Positions 20,422-34,120 are shown, numbered from the stretch's first letter. The stretch: 64,000 nt of DNA from Desulfatiglandales bacterium (GCA_963666345.1 OY762721.1:2848001-2912000); one strand, 5' to 3'. Notes: a model not told the origin generated them from the letters alone. Numbers and translations: made by a program.

Positions 20422-20919
20422 TTATCCGTTGTCAATCGCGCAGTCTGAAGTATCTCCGGACAGTTTGTGAACTGCGTGATAAAGGGCCGGAAGCACTACC
20501 GCCAGATTGTCCCTTACCCCGCCCGGACTTCCAGGCAGATTGATTATGAGGCAGCTCTTTCTTACCCCCGCCATTGCTCTTGATATCATGGCATGGGGCG
20601 TTATTTTAAGACTTGCAGCCCGCATGGCTTCAGCCATGCCGGGGATCTCATAGTCGATTACTTCCATCATGGCCTGGGGCGTGACATCGGTGGGGCTGAG
20701 GCCCGTTCCCCCTGTAGTTACTATCAGAGAAAGCCCCTCATGGTCCACCCATCCTTTAAGGGTGTCTTCAATAATAGCCTGATCATCAGGCACGATTTCC
20801 TGTTTTACAACAGGAAATCGATTTTCCTCCAGGATGCCACAGGCGATCTTTCCGCTTTCATCAGGCCGAAGACCCCTTGATCCTTTGTCACTTATGGTCA
20901 AAACCCCGGATTTTGTCAT
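20422..20919 (-). CDS. mog: Molybdopterin adenylyltransferase (MogA/MoaB)
   Basis: LTISDKG..G.R.DESG, TTGGTG..PTDVTP, NLPGSP. Confidence 0.88.
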   Translation of the reverse strand: MTKSGVLTISDKGSRGLRPDESGKIACGILEENRFPVVKQEIVPDDQAIIEDTLKGWVDHEGLSLIVTTGGTGLSPTDVTPQAMMEVIDYEIPGMAEAMRAASLKITPHAMISRAMAGVRKSCLIINLPGSPGGVRDNLAVVLPALYHAVHKLSGDTSDCAIDNG

Positions 20920-21105
20920 TTGAATCCAAAAAAGATTATATGTTGGCAGGGAGCCTTTTAAAAAAAACAAAGCGACTGAAGTGAATTAAATTAAGGCCAC
21001 TTCAAATTGAGATGTCGTCCAATTATCCTTAAAAGCAGAGGCCTTTCACGCTGGTGAACTTTTTTAAGGTATTCCAGATCCCGGTGCCCTCTATACAGAG
21101 GGGTA

Positions 21106-21139
21106 AATAAATGCCCGGTAATATCTCCGGGCATTTATT
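21106..21139 (-). terminator. Intrinsic terminator downstream of EF-G-like gene
   Basis: AATAAATGCCCGG...CCGGGCATTTATT inverted repeat 8 bp after the stop. Confidence 0.65.
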
Positions 21140-21147
21140 ATTGAGTG

Positions 21148-23226
21148 CTATTCCTTTTGTTGTGCCGCGGTTACAATCTTTTCCGCCAGCTGCGCCGGGA
21201 CTTCCTCGTAGTGGGAGTTCTCCATGGTGAACACGCCGCGACCACCGCTGAGGGAATTAAGATCCAGGGCGTAGTTCAGGACTTCCGACATGGGGACCTG
21301 GGCCTTGATTATCTGGTATCTGCCCTGACTGTCCATGCCCAGGACCCGACCTCTTCTGCCGTTTAGATCGCCCATAACGTCTCCCATAACGTCTTCCGGC
21401 ACGGTTATTTCAAGCTTCATGATCGGTTCGAGCAGGATGGGATTGGCCTCCTGAAGGGCCTTTTTAAAGCACATGCTGGCGGCAATCTTGAAGGCCATTT
21501 CAGAGGAGTCTACATCATGGGACTTTCCGTCAAAAAAACGCACCTTCAGATCCACAACCGGATAGCCAGCAAGAGACCCGCTGTTTAACGATTCCTGAAG
21601 GCCTTTTTCAACGGCCGGAACAAAGTTGCGGGGAACGTTCATCCCGACCAACGCCTCTTCAAATTCAAAGCCGGCGTCTCTTTCCTTGGGAGACAGATCA
21701 AAATGCACCTCGGCGAATTGCCCGCGTCCTCCGGACTGCTTCTTGTGCCTGTAAACCACGCCTTTGACCTCTTTTTTTATGGTTTCCCTGTAAGGCACGG
21801 TGACGGGACTCAGGGTTACCTCAACACCGAATTTTCTGGCAAGTTTTTCGCAGGTGGTTTCAAGATGTATCTGTCCCGTACCGGAGATAATAATTTCAGC
21901 CGTTGTCTGGTCCCTGCCCAGCCGCAATGTGGGATCTTCGGCAAGCAGCTTGGAAAGAGAGGAAAAGACCTTGTCTTCATTTCCCTGGACCTTCGCTCCT
22001 GCGGCATATGAGATAACCGTAGGCAGCGGCTCCGCAGGTGTAAAAATGATAGGATCATTAGGAGCGGAAAAGGTATCTCCTGTCTCTGATTCCTTCAGCT
22101 TTGCTATGGCCACAATGTCACCTGGTCCGGCTTCATCTATGTGCTGCTGCTTTTTCCCTTCCATAATAAGAAGCTGGCCGGCCTTTTCCTTTGTCTGCTT
22201 ACCCGTATTAAGAAAGATCGTGTCCGACTTGAGTGAACCGCTGAATATCCGGAAAATTGTAAGTTTTCCTGCAAATGGATCCGCAACGGTCTTGAAAACG
22301 AGCGCTGAAAAAGGCTCTTCCGGTGAGGGATTCCTTACAATCTCCTCATCGGTTCCCGGTTTAATACCCTTTTTCGGTCCCCTTTCAGAGGGTGAGGGAA
22401 GTCCGTCCACTATCAGATTCATAAGCTGAGGAACACCTATGTTAAGAAGCGCGGAACCACACATGATGGGGGTTATGAGGCCTGATTTAATCCCCTGGAT
22501 GAGGGTGTCTTCAATGTCGCTGTCCGAAAGCTCTTCGCCTTCCAGGTATTTTTCCATGAGGTCGTCATTTACTTCGACGATATTCTCTATCATTTTTTCC
22601 CGCCATTCACTTACCAACTCTTCCATGTCCGACGGTATGTCGCCGCTTTCAAATTTCCCGCTTCCGTCTTTAGTGAAGTTGTAGGCCTTCATCTTTATCA
22701 GGTCTACCACCCCGCTGAAACTGTCTTCAGAACCTATGGGAAGGCAGACAGGCGTAGCCTTTATCTGAAAGGCGTTTGTCGTTTCATCGAGTACCTTGAA
22801 AAAGTCGGACCTTTCCCTGTCCAGTTTGTTTATGAAGATGATTCTGGGAAGTTCCTGTTCATCCGCAAAGGACCATACCTTTTCAGTTCCTACCTTTACT
22901 CCTGCTGTCGCATCAATAAGGACGACTGTACCATCGGCGGCCTGGAGAGAAAACCTGGTGTCAGAGAGAAAATTATAATCACCGGGTGTATCCAGAAGAT
23001 TGATCGTGTGTTTTTTCCATGAGCAGTGGTGAAAAGATGTCCCTATTGATATCTTTCTTTTTATCTCTTCCGGCTCATAATCCAGATTGGACGAGCCTTC
23101 ATCAACTTTTCCAAGCCTTGAGGTGGCCTTTCCGTTCAGCAGTATGGCTTCGGCCAAAGATGTTTTGCCTGAGCCCACATGTGCGATGAAGGCCACGTTT
23201 TTCAGTTGGTCGGTTCTTTTTTCCAT
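21148..23226 (-). CDS. fusA: Elongation factor G paralog (EF-G2 type)
   Basis: AHVGSGKT, RKISI (vs canonical RGITI), DTPG, NKLD, HKKQSGGRGQF, HDVDSSEMAF; not in the str operon. Confidence 0.88.
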   Translation of the reverse strand: MEKRTDQLKNVAFIAHVGSGKTSLAEAILLNGKATSRLGKVDEGSSNLDYEPEEIKRKISIGTSFHHCSWKKHTINLLDTPGDYNFLSDTRFSLQAADGTVVLIDATAGVKVGTEKVWSFADEQELPRIIFINKLDRERSDFFKVLDETTNAFQIKATPVCLPIGSEDSFSGVVDLIKMKAYNFTKDGSGKFESGDIPSDMEELVSEWREKMIENIVEVNDDLMEKYLEGEELSDSDIEDTLIQGIKSGLITPIMCGSALLNIGVPQLMNLIVDGLPSPSERGPKKGIKPGTDEEIVRNPSPEEPFSALVFKTVADPFAGKLTIFRIFSGSLKSDTIFLNTGKQTKEKAGQLLIMEGKKQQHIDEAGPGDIVAIAKLKESETGDTFSAPNDPIIFTPAEPLPTVISYAAGAKVQGNEDKVFSSLSKLLAEDPTLRLGRDQTTAEIIISGTGQIHLETTCEKLARKFGVEVTLSPVTVPYRETIKKEVKGVVYRHKKQSGGRGQFAEVHFDLSPKERDAGFEFEEALVGMNVPRNFVPAVEKGLQESLNSGSLAGYPVVDLKVRFFDGKSHDVDSSEMAFKIAASMCFKKALQEANPILLEPIMKLEITVPEDVMGDVMGDLNGRRGRVLGMDSQGRYQIIKAQVPMSEVLNYALDLNSLSGGRGVFTMENSHYEEVPAQLAEKIVTAAQQKE

Positions 23227-23581
23227 GCTTACACCCTTTCCTGAAAAGACTGAGATTTTGTTTTGCAGAATTTTGTTGTAAAAAGACTCATGCCGGCATT
23301 TTCAACAAGGCACCCTCTGAAACCAGCAAAATTCAGGTAAAGCCCGGGCTCATGTCGCTCAGTGATGTCTTAAGAGAACATGCAGGCATTATTTCCAAAA
23401 GGCCGGTAGGCCTGACAGTCAGGTAGAGCTGAAAAAATAAACTAAATCACAAACGTATATCAATAACAAAATCAAAGTCAAGATAAGAAAAAGGCGCCAT
23501 ATTTTTTAATTGCCAATTCCGGTAAAAGTGATAAAGTCAAAACCTTTTTAAAATTAGGTCATGGAGTGACAGGATAGCGGT

Positions 23582-24535
23582 TTGATATGGGAGAGGCTTG
23601 TTTTGTTTCTAAGTGAGCTCATAGCGGTCTTTATCAGTTATCTTAAGTATCAGAGGGGATTTTCCCTTCACACGCTCAGAAACTATCAGACAGACCTGAA
23701 ACAGTTTCAGTTGTTTCTTGAAGGGGGCATGGAAAACGGGCAAGGAAAAAAACATGCTGAAATCAGGATAGAATCCATTGATGCCGATAAGATAAGGGAA
23801 TATCTGGGAGGACTATACGGATACCTGAGCAAGTCCACTATTTCCAGGAAACTATCCTCTCTGAGGTCCTTTTTTCATTTTCTTGAGAAAAAAGGACTTA
23901 ACGGTGGAAACCCGGCAGCCGAAGTCTTATCAACCAAGATCGATAAAAAGGTGCCCAATTATCTGCCTGTCGATGATGTTTTCAGACTCCTGGATAGACC
24001 TGACAGGAATGACCCCCTCGGTCTCAGAGATCTGGCGATTTTGGAAGTTCTATATTCTTGTGGTATAAGGGTAAGTGAGCTTGAATCGCTTGACTTATCA
24101 AGCGTGGATATGGAGGAGCGTGTTGTAAAGGTGCTGGGCAAGGGTAATAAGGAAAGAATCGTGCCGATAGGAAAACGCGCCCTGGATGCTGTAAGGCGGT
24201 ATCTTGATGGAACCGGACATTTGCGGAACCGGCCGAAAAACGGGGAAAGGACGGCAGATGCCCTTTTTATAAACTTTCGGGGAGGAAGGCTGTCGGCCCG
24301 CAGCATAAACCGGATGATCAAAAGATATGCCCTGGAATGCGGTCTGAGTCCTGAAGTCAGCCCTCATTCGATGAGGCATTCCTTTGCCACTCATCTGCTG
24401 GACGGTGGTGCCGACCTGCGTTCGGTTCAGGAATTACTAGGCCATTCAAGCCTTTCCACCACTCAGAAATATACCCACGTAAGCCTTGACAGGCTTATGG
24501 AGGTTTATGACAAGGCGCATCCCAGAAGCAAATAA
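23582..24535 (+). CDS. xerC: Tyrosine recombinase XerC
   Basis: RDLAILEVLYSCGIRVSE, GKGNKER, SPHSMRHSFATH, LGH, TTQKYT; upstream of hslVU. Confidence 0.9.
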   Translation: MIWERLVLFLSELIAVFISYLKYQRGFSLHTLRNYQTDLKQFQLFLEGGMENGQGKKHAEIRIESIDADKIREYLGGLYGYLSKSTISRKLSSLRSFFHFLEKKGLNGGNPAAEVLSTKIDKKVPNYLPVDDVFRLLDRPDRNDPLGLRDLAILEVLYSCGIRVSELESLDLSSVDMEERVVKVLGKGNKERIVPIGKRALDAVRRYLDGTGHLRNRPKNGERTADALFINFRGGRLSARSINRMIKRYALECGLSPEVSPHSMRHSFATHLLDGGADLRSVQELLGHSSLSTTQKYTHVSLDRLMEVYDKAHPRSK

Positions 24536-24601
24536 CCTTTTATGGAGCGAGGCTTGGGGGTGCGCTCTAATTTAACCGGATTGGAGAAAAACTTGATTAT
24601 A

Positions 24602-25153
24602 ATGGACGATAAAGAGAGAAGAAAGATAAGGGCGACAACGATCCTTTCAGTCAGAAAGGATGGAAAGACCGTCATGGCGGGGGACGGCCAGGTTACGCTG
24701 GGGGATACGATCATGAAGCACAAGGCCACCAAGGTTCGATACATGTTCAATGACCAGGTGCTTGTAGGATTTGCCGGCGCGGCCGCAGATGCCTTTAATC
24801 TTTTCGAGAGGCTGGAGGCCAAGCTTGAAAGTTTTAACGGGAACCTCACAAGGTCTGCGGTTGAACTGGCAAAGGACTGGAGGACGGATAAGATATTGAG
24901 AAGGCTGGAGGCACTCCTGCTTGCCGCGGACAAGGAGCATACCCTGATAATCTCAGGAACGGGGGATGTCATAGAACCTGATGAATCGGTTGCCGCAATA
25001 GGTTCGGGAGGCCCCTATGCTTTCGCGGCTGCCAGAGCGATGGTTGAACACTCAAGCCTGGACAGCGTTACCATAGCAATGGAGGCGATGAAGATCGCGG
25101 CATCTATTTGTCTTTATACGAACGATGAAATAATGGTCCATGAACTTGACTGA
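24602..25153 (+). CDS. hslV: ATP-dependent protease subunit HslV
   Basis: [25 protein letters not shown]. Confidence 0.96.
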   Translation: MDDKERRKIRATTILSVRKDGKTVMAGDGQVTLGDTIMKHKATKVRYMFNDQVLVGFAGAAADAFNLFERLEAKLESFNGNLTRSAVELAKDWRTDKILRRLEALLLAADKEHTLIISGTGDVIEPDESVAAIGSGGPYAFAAARAMVEHSSLDSVTIAMEAMKIAASICLYTNDEIMVHELD

Positions 25154-25211
25154 CATGCTGATCCGGATCAAGTCTTGAGGGCATCGGAGTTACCGGGAGA
25201 ATAAACCGAAC

Positions 25212-27466
<2,255 letters not shown>

Positions 27467-27600
27467 CCATGTTATAGGCCCTTTACCAAAATTTATTTGT
27501 GCTTTTTGAATCATAAATATCCTTAAGGGGATGTTTTTTTATATCACCTGAAAGGATCTTGCTGAATCTAAATCTGATGGAAATATGAAAGGATAATATT

Positions 27601-28803
27601 ATGGAACTGGAGGATAAAAGCGAAAATACCATACGGCTTGCCGACAAATATATGTTTCCCACATATGCAAGATTCCCGGTCTCTATTATCAAGGGAGAAG
27701 GATGCAGGGTCTGGGACGAACAGGGGAAGGAGTATCTCGATTTTGTCGGCGGAATAGCCGTTTGCGCGCTCGGGCACTGTTCACCTGTCGTAAGCAGGGC
27801 GCTTGAAAAACAGGCAAAAACCCTTGTGCATGTGTCAAATCTTTATTACACGAGGCCTCAGGCCGAACTGGCAAGGCTGCTGGTTGAAAATTCCTTTGCA
27901 GACCGGGTATTTTTCTGTAACAGCGGCGCGGAGGCCAACGAGGCCGCGATAAAACTTGCCAGAAGATACATCAACGACACACGGGGACCCCAAAGGCAGA
28001 ATATCCTGTCGATGGAAAACTCTTTCCACGGCAGGACCATGGCAACCCTTTCCGCCACAGGGCAATACAAGGTACGGAAAGGCTATGATCCTCTTCTTCA
28101 GGGATTCAAATTTGTCCCGTTCAACGATCTTGAGAGCCTTGACAACGCACTGGACGAAACGGTATGCGCTGTGATGCTTGAGCCTATTCAGGGGGAGGGA
28201 GGCGTTGTCTGCCCTGATCCTGAATACCTGAAAGGCGTAAGGAAGATCTGCACGGAACGTGACGCCCTGTTGATCTTTGATGAAGTTCAGGTCGGAATGG
28301 GACGTACGGGGAGCCTTTTTGCCTATGAAAATTTCGGTGTGGAGCCTGACATAATGTCGCTCGCAAAGGCTCTTGGAAACGGACTGCCGATAGGCGCCAT
28401 GCTTTCAAAGGAAAAGTACAGCTCCTCGTTCGGGCCGGGAAGTCACGCGACCACCTTTGGTGGAACCCCGCTCGTTACGGCGGCTGCAACCGCGGTTGTG
28501 GAAAGTCTGTTAAACGACGGCTGGCTCAAAAACTGCAGAGAGATGGGGCAATACTTCAGGTCAAGGCTCGATGAACTGGTTTCGAGATATGATTTTGTAA
28601 AGGAAACAAGAGGTATGGGGTTGATTGTCGGGCTGAATCTGGACCGGCCCTGCGGGGATATCGTAAATGAATGCCTTAAGAGGGGATTCCTGATAAACTG
28701 CGCCCATGAGACGGTTTTAAGATTTGTGCCGCCTCTTATAGTGGGAAAGGCAGAGATTGATTCTCTCGTGGACACCCTTACCGATATCTTGGATAATATA
28801 TAA
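27601..28803 (+). CDS. argD: Acetylornithine aminotransferase
   Basis: NSGAEANE, FHGRT, EPIQGEGG, DEVQ, AKALGNG. Confidence 0.94.
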   Translation: MELEDKSENTIRLADKYMFPTYARFPVSIIKGEGCRVWDEQGKEYLDFVGGIAVCALGHCSPVVSRALEKQAKTLVHVSNLYYTRPQAELARLLVENSFADRVFFCNSGAEANEAAIKLARRYINDTRGPQRQNILSMENSFHGRTMATLSATGQYKVRKGYDPLLQGFKFVPFNDLESLDNALDETVCAVMLEPIQGEGGVVCPDPEYLKGVRKICTERDALLIFDEVQVGMGRTGSLFAYENFGVEPDIMSLAKALGNGLPIGAMLSKEKYSSSFGPGSHATTFGGTPLVTAAATAVVESLLNDGWLKNCREMGQYFRSRLDELVSRYDFVKETRGMGLIVGLNLDRPCGDIVNECLKRGFLINCAHETVLRFVPPLIVGKAEIDSLVDTLTDILDNI

Positions 28804-28899
28804 ATCCGGTCTATAGCTTGAATCCATTGATTTGTGTGTGGGCATTAATTTGAAGGCCTTTGGATATGAGCCTGAGGCCTGAAAAAAAGGAGTTATAAA

Positions 28900-30114
28900 T
28901 TGAAAGAAGATATAAAAAAGATTGTTCTGGCCTATTCCGGGGGATTGGACACATCCGTCATCCTGACCTGGCTAAAGGAGACCTACGGATGTCAGGTCAT
29001 CGCCTATGCCGCCGACGTGGGACAGGGTGCGGAGCTTGAGGGGATAAGGGAAAAAGCCCTGGCTACCGGGGCGGATGACGCCATAGTTGAAGATCTTAAA
29101 GAGGAATTCGTGGGTGATTTCGTGTGGCCCGCAATGAGGGCGAATGCGATTTATGAATCAAGCTATCTTCTGGGCACGTCTCTGGCAAGGCCCCCCATAG
29201 CAAGGGGCCAGGTTGAGGTTGCACGGAGGCTCGGTGCGGATGCGGTATGCCACGGTTCAACCGGAAAGGGCAATGACCAGGTAAGATTTGAACTGGTGTA
29301 TATGGGCCTTGAGCCTGGTCTTAAGATTATCGCCCCCTGGAGAATCTGGAATTTCAGCGGGAGGGAGGACCTTATAGATTACGCCCGATCACGGGGCATC
29401 CCTGTTCCGGTTACAAAAGAGAAACCCTATTCAAGCGACCGGAATCTCCTTCATATAAGCTTTGAGGGAGGGGTCCTGGAAGATACCTGGAATGAACCGC
29501 CGGAAGATATGTTCGTCCTTTCCGTTTCACCCGAAAGGGCGCCTGATGAACCTACCTTCTGTGAAATAGCGTTCAGACAGGGCAATCCAGTTTCCATCGA
29601 CGGCGAAGACATGTCTCCTGCCGGGCTTCTTGAGACACTAAACGATATGGGCGGGAAAAACGGCATAGGCAGGGTCGATATGGTGGAAAACAGATTCGTG
29701 GGAATGAAGTCAAGAGGGGTTTACGAGACCCCGGGAGGAACCATCATCAGACAGGCGCACATGGCGATCGAGACCCTGACCATGGATAGAGAGGTGGCCC
29801 ATATACGTGACGGCCTTATCCAGCGCTACGCCGAGATGATTTATTATGGTTACTGGTTTTCCCCTGAAAGAAGAATGCTTCAGGCCCTTATTGATGAAAC
29901 ACAGAGGAATGTGAACGGGGTGGCAAGGTTGAAGCTCTACAAGGGGAACTGTACGGTCGTGGGCCTGAAATCCGACAATTCCCTTTATGACCCGAGGTTC
30001 GCCACCTTCGAGGGTGATGATGTGTATAATCAGAAAGATGCCGAGGGCTTCATAAGGTTGAGCGGTCTGAGACTTAAGATAGCCAGGCTTCTTGAACAGA
30101 ATAAAGGATATTGA
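28900..30114 (+). CDS. argG: Argininosuccinate synthase
   Basis: [27 protein letters not shown]. Confidence 0.97.
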   Translation: MKEDIKKIVLAYSGGLDTSVILTWLKETYGCQVIAYAADVGQGAELEGIREKALATGADDAIVEDLKEEFVGDFVWPAMRANAIYESSYLLGTSLARPPIARGQVEVARRLGADAVCHGSTGKGNDQVRFELVYMGLEPGLKIIAPWRIWNFSGREDLIDYARSRGIPVPVTKEKPYSSDRNLLHISFEGGVLEDTWNEPPEDMFVLSVSPERAPDEPTFCEIAFRQGNPVSIDGEDMSPAGLLETLNDMGGKNGIGRVDMVENRFVGMKSRGVYETPGGTIIRQAHMAIETLTMDREVAHIRDGLIQRYAEMIYYGYWFSPERRMLQALIDETQRNVNGVARLKLYKGNCTVVGLKSDNSLYDPRFATFEGDDVYNQKDAEGFIRLSGLRLKIARLLEQNKGY

Positions 30115-30130
30115 AGAGGTTTATAAAGGT

Positions 30131-31507
30131 ATGTCCCAGAAATTGTGGGGAGGACGTTTTCGAGAAGAGACCGACTCTCTGGTAAATGACCTGAACGCCT
30201 CCATAGGCTTTGACAGAAGACTCTACTCCCAGGATATCGAAGGAAGCATAGCCCATTGCGGCATGCTGGCGAAACAGGGAATAATCGCCCGGGAGGAGGC
30301 GTCAAAGATAATCGAGGCGCTTGGTGAGATCAGAAGGGCACTCGACAGAGGAGAACTGCCTTTTGAAGGCTATGAGGATATCCACAGCCTGGTTGAGTCT
30401 GCCCTTATAGAAAAGGTGGGGGCATCGGGTGAAAAGCTTCACACGGGAAGGAGCAGAAACGACCAGGTAGCCCTGGATGTAAGGCTTTTTGTTCGTGATG
30501 CCGCTTCATCCGTAATAAGGCTTATAAAAAATGCCCAGCGCACGATCGTGGCCCTGGCAGAGGATAATCAAGGCCTGATGATGCCCGGTTATACCCATAT
30601 GCAGCGCGCGCAACCGGTTTTGCTGGCCCATCACCTCATGGCCTACTATGAAATGCTCAAAAGAGACGGAGAGCGTTTTACGGAATGCCGCTGCCGCACG
30701 AACGTGCTTCCGCTCGGCAGTGCGGCGCTTGCAGGTTCTACATTCGATCTGGACAGGCAGATGGTTGCCGAGGAACTGGGCTTTGATTCCGTAAGCGCAA
30801 ACAGCATGGACGCGGTAAGCGACAGGGATTTTGTCCTTGATTTCCTGTTCGCCTCCTCCGTCCTTATGATGCATTTGAGCAGGATCAGCGAGGAACTGGT
30901 CATATGGTCGACCCGGGAATTCGGTTTTGTAAATATCCCTGACAGCTACTGCACCGGAAGCAGTATCATGCCTCAGAAAAAAAACCCTGATCTTCCAGAA
31001 TTGCTGAGGGGAAAAACAGGCAGGGTTTACGGTGATTTAATGGCCCTTCTTACTACCATGAAAGGATTGCCCTTAAGCTATAACAAGGATATGCAGGAAG
31101 ATAAGGAGGGGCTTTTCGACGCGGTAGATACGGTCGAAATCTCCCTTGAGGTTATAGCAAGGCTGCTTGGAGAGGTCACATTTAACGGTGACAGGATGAG
31201 GAATGCCTCAAAGACCGGTTTTTTGGTGGCTACGGATCTGGCTGATTATCTTGTAAGAAAAGGCGTCACCTTCAGGGAGGCCCACGAGATTGTGGGAAAG
31301 ATGGTCCTTTTCGCAATCGATGAGGGAAGGGAACTGCACGATCTGAAGATGGATGAGATGAGAGGGTTTTCAAGGCAGATCGAGGACGATGTCTACGGCT
31401 GGCTCGACCCTGAGGCATCCTTGAAAAAGCGGAACATAAAGGGAGGCACGGGGCCTGACAGCGTAATGCTGGAGATAGCGGCGGCAAAAGGGGAGCTTGA
31501 AGATTGA
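30131..31507 (+). CDS. argH: Argininosuccinate lyase
   Basis: LWGGRF, HTGRSRNDQ, GSSIMPQKKNPD. Confidence 0.97.
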   Translation: MSQKLWGGRFREETDSLVNDLNASIGFDRRLYSQDIEGSIAHCGMLAKQGIIAREEASKIIEALGEIRRALDRGELPFEGYEDIHSLVESALIEKVGASGEKLHTGRSRNDQVALDVRLFVRDAASSVIRLIKNAQRTIVALAEDNQGLMMPGYTHMQRAQPVLLAHHLMAYYEMLKRDGERFTECRCRTNVLPLGSAALAGSTFDLDRQMVAEELGFDSVSANSMDAVSDRDFVLDFLFASSVLMMHLSRISEELVIWSTREFGFVNIPDSYCTGSSIMPQKKNPDLPELLRGKTGRVYGDLMALLTTMKGLPLSYNKDMQEDKEGLFDAVDTVEISLEVIARLLGEVTFNGDRMRNASKTGFLVATDLADYLVRKGVTFREAHEIVGKMVLFAIDEGRELHDLKMDEMRGFSRQIEDDVYGWLDPEASLKKRNIKGGTGPDSVMLEIAAAKGELED

Positions 31508-31935
31508 AAAAGGGAAATATTTTCTTTCTGGTTGTTATGATTATGGCGCCTTTGTTCCTTTTTTCCTGCGGGAAAAAGGCCCCGCCTTTTCTTCCTTCAC
31601 AGGTGACGGACCTTACGGTTGAGCATCTTGAGGCTGAATGGCGGGATGATGTCCTGGTGCTCAAGGGAGACGTAAAAGGGGCCTTATCTTCAGTAAAGGG
31701 TTGCAGACTCTATCATGCCGGATACGCCATAGAGGACAGTCCCTGCAGGGGTTGTCCGGTAAACTTTGCGCCGGTCAGGGAGGTCGAAGGCAAGGTTGTA
31801 TCTGAAAACGGCTTTTACTGCGAATTTGCCTTTCCCAGGGAAAAGGGGGTGCATTTTTTCAGTGTGGCGCTTCTGGACGGAAAAGGCGGCGCAGGTCCCC
31901 TTTCCGAAAGGACGGATATAATATTAGACGATTAA
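31504..31935 (+). CDS. Hypothetical lipoprotein
   Basis: Lipobox LFSC followed by GKKAPP; CRGCP motif; overlaps argH stop. Confidence 0.75.
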   Translation: MKKGNIFFLVVMIMAPLFLFSCGKKAPPFLPSQVTDLTVEHLEAEWRDDVLVLKGDVKGALSSVKGCRLYHAGYAIEDSPCRGCPVNFAPVREVEGKVVSENGFYCEFAFPREKGVHFFSVALLDGKGGAGPLSERTDIILDD

Positions 31936-31959
31936 ATAAAGTTTTTTCAAGAGGTTTTC

Positions 31960-33225
31960 ATGCATCATTTTCAATACAAAGGAAAGGCCCTCTACTGTGA
32001 AGATGTCCCTGTAGCGGATATCGCAGCACGGATGGGTACCCCGCTTTATCTCTATTCCCACGCAACCCTGGTGCAGCATTTCAAGGCCTTTGACGGTGCC
32101 TTTGAGGGAATGGACCACTTGACCTGCTTTTCGGTGAAATCCAACTCGAACGTGGCGATATTGAAACTCTTTGCCAAAGAAGGCGGAGGCATGGATATCG
32201 TATCGGCGGGAGAGCTGTTCAGGGCTTTAAGGGCAGGTGTGGACCCCCGAAAAATCGTTTATTCAGGGGTGGGGAAAAAGGAAGCGGACCTGGAATACGC
32301 ACTGTCATCCAATATCCTTTTGTTTAACATAGAATCCGTTCAGGAGATAAGGAAATTAAATGAGATAGCGGCAGGGATGGGAATAAAAGCCGGTGTCTCA
32401 TTCAGGGTAAACCCGGATGTCGATCCGAAGACCCATCCCTATATATCCACCGGGCTTAAGGAAAACAAGTTCGGCATAGACATAAAAGAGGCGGTCGATC
32501 ACTACAAGATGGCTTCAGGGCTTTCGAATGTCGCGGTTAAAGGAGTATCCTGTCATATAGGCTCCCAGCTTACACAGGTATCACCTTTTGTGGATGCCCT
32601 GAAAAAGGTTGAAGGGCTGATAGACGACCTTGCCGGGGAGGGAATCAAGATAGAATTTCTGGATCTGGGTGGAGGCCTCGGTATCACCTATGATAAGGAG
32701 ACCCCTCCTAATCCGAAGGATTATGCCGGGTCAATAGAAAATGAACTGGGAGGCAGGGGTATCAAGCTTATCTTGGAACCCGGGCGGGTTATAATGGGAA
32801 ATGCCGGCATATTTGTCAGCAGGGTCCTTTATACGAAATCATCCGGAGAGAAAAATTTCTTTGTCGTAGACGGGGCCATGAATGATCTTATGAGACCCAG
32901 CCTTTACAATTCATTTCATGCCATACAGGAGGTAAACCTTTCGGGGCGTGAAACGGTCAAGGCGGATGTGGTCGGTCCGATCTGCGAGTCGGGCGATTTC
33001 CTGGCAAAATCAAGGGAGATGAAAAGGCTTGAACCGGGAGAACTTATAGCGGTTATGAGTGCCGGCGCCTACGGTTTCAGCATGTCCTCCAATTACAACT
33101 CAAGGCCAAGGGTCTGCGAGGTGATGGTGAAGGGGGATCGTTTTTACACCATAAGATCGAGAGAGAATCTTGAAGACCTCGTTAGGGGAGAGGTTATTCC
33201 CGAGTTTTTGATGGGAGAAAACTGA
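31960..33225 (+). CDS. lysA: Diaminopimelate decarboxylase
   Basis: VKSN, HIGSQ, GGG, EPGR, GPICESGD, GAYG. Confidence 0.96.
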   Translation: MHHFQYKGKALYCEDVPVADIAARMGTPLYLYSHATLVQHFKAFDGAFEGMDHLTCFSVKSNSNVAILKLFAKEGGGMDIVSAGELFRALRAGVDPRKIVYSGVGKKEADLEYALSSNILLFNIESVQEIRKLNEIAAGMGIKAGVSFRVNPDVDPKTHPYISTGLKENKFGIDIKEAVDHYKMASGLSNVAVKGVSCHIGSQLTQVSPFVDALKKVEGLIDDLAGEGIKIEFLDLGGGLGITYDKETPPNPKDYAGSIENELGGRGIKLILEPGRVIMGNAGIFVSRVLYTKSSGEKNFFVVDGAMNDLMRPSLYNSFHAIQEVNLSGRETVKADVVGPICESGDFLAKSREMKRLEPGELIAVMSAGAYGFSMSSNYNSRPRVCEVMVKGDRFYTIRSRENLEDLVRGEVIPEFLMGEN

Positions 33226-33228
33226 GAC

Positions 33229-34050
33229 ATGGAACAGATCGAATTCTGGAAGATGAGCGGTAGCGGAAATGATTTCATCATTATCGATAACAGGGATCGA
33301 CATATAAAAGATAAGGATATGTCCCGAATCGTTTCAAGGGCCTGCAGACGGAGGGAATCGGTAGGCGCTGACGGGGTTATATTCGTAGTCGATTCGGATT
33401 CTTCCGATTTTGCCTGGCGGTTTTTCAACGCCGACGGCGGGGAGGTTGAAATGTGCGGAAACGGCAGCCGGTGCGTGGCCCGTTTCGCCTATTTGAAGGG
33501 CATTGCCGGGCAGGAAATGACATTCGATACCATGAACGGTCCTGTCTCGGCGCGGGTCGAAGGAAGAAGGGTAAAGGTCCTGATGCCCAAGCCGACCGGC
33601 CTGTCGATTGATATACCCGTTAAGCACAAAGAGGGCTGGAAAAGCGCCGATTTTATCGATACCGGGGTCCCGCATCTGGTGGTGGAGGTCGGTGACCTGA
33701 AGGACCATCCGGTTTTTGAACAGGGAAGGACTGCCAGATATGACGAATTCTTCGCCCCTTCAGGCACAAACGTCGATTTCATGAAAAAGGCCGGCGAAGA
33801 TCACCTGGAGATAAGGACATATGAGAGGGGAGTGGAAGATGAGACGCTGGCCTGCGGTACCGGTTGCATCGCCTGTGCGCTTGTTTCTTCCCTCAAAGGG
33901 GCCGTGAAATCCCCTGTGAGCGTAACCACGAAAAGCGGCGAGGATCTTATCATAAGCTTTTCACGAAACCGGGAATCTTTTGAAGAGGTATGGATGGAGG
34001 GTAATACCTCTATCATTTACCGAGCCGGCCTTGACCATGAGGCCCTTTGA
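33229..34050 (+). CDS. dapF: Diaminopimelate epimerase
   Basis: GNDF, EMCGNG, ERGVEDETLACGTG. Confidence 0.96.
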   Translation: MEQIEFWKMSGSGNDFIIIDNRDRHIKDKDMSRIVSRACRRRESVGADGVIFVVDSDSSDFAWRFFNADGGEVEMCGNGSRCVARFAYLKGIAGQEMTFDTMNGPVSARVEGRRVKVLMPKPTGLSIDIPVKHKEGWKSADFIDTGVPHLVVEVGDLKDHPVFEQGRTARYDEFFAPSGTNVDFMKKAGEDHLEIRTYERGVEDETLACGTGCIACALVSSLKGAVKSPVSVTTKSGEDLIISFSRNRESFEEVWMEGNTSIIYRAGLDHEAL

Positions 34051-34084
34051 TCAAGGCATCGCACGAATGCGGGAAAATCTCACA

Positions 34085-34120
34085 CCCGGAAAAGGGAAAT
34101 CATGATTTCCCTTTTCCGGG
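34085..34120. repeat. Perfect 36-bp palindrome between dapF and dapA
   Basis: CCCGGAAAAGGGAAATCA|TGATTTCCCTTTTCCGGG. Confidence 0.85.

Noticed and set aside
21148..23226. Ribosomal protection (TetM-like) resistance gene
   Set aside because: Length and domain IV/V motifs match EF-G paralogs
23582..24535. Tyrosine recombinase as an island integrase
   Set aside because: XerC-like size and motifs in the conserved xerC-hslV-hslU-argB context; housekeeping
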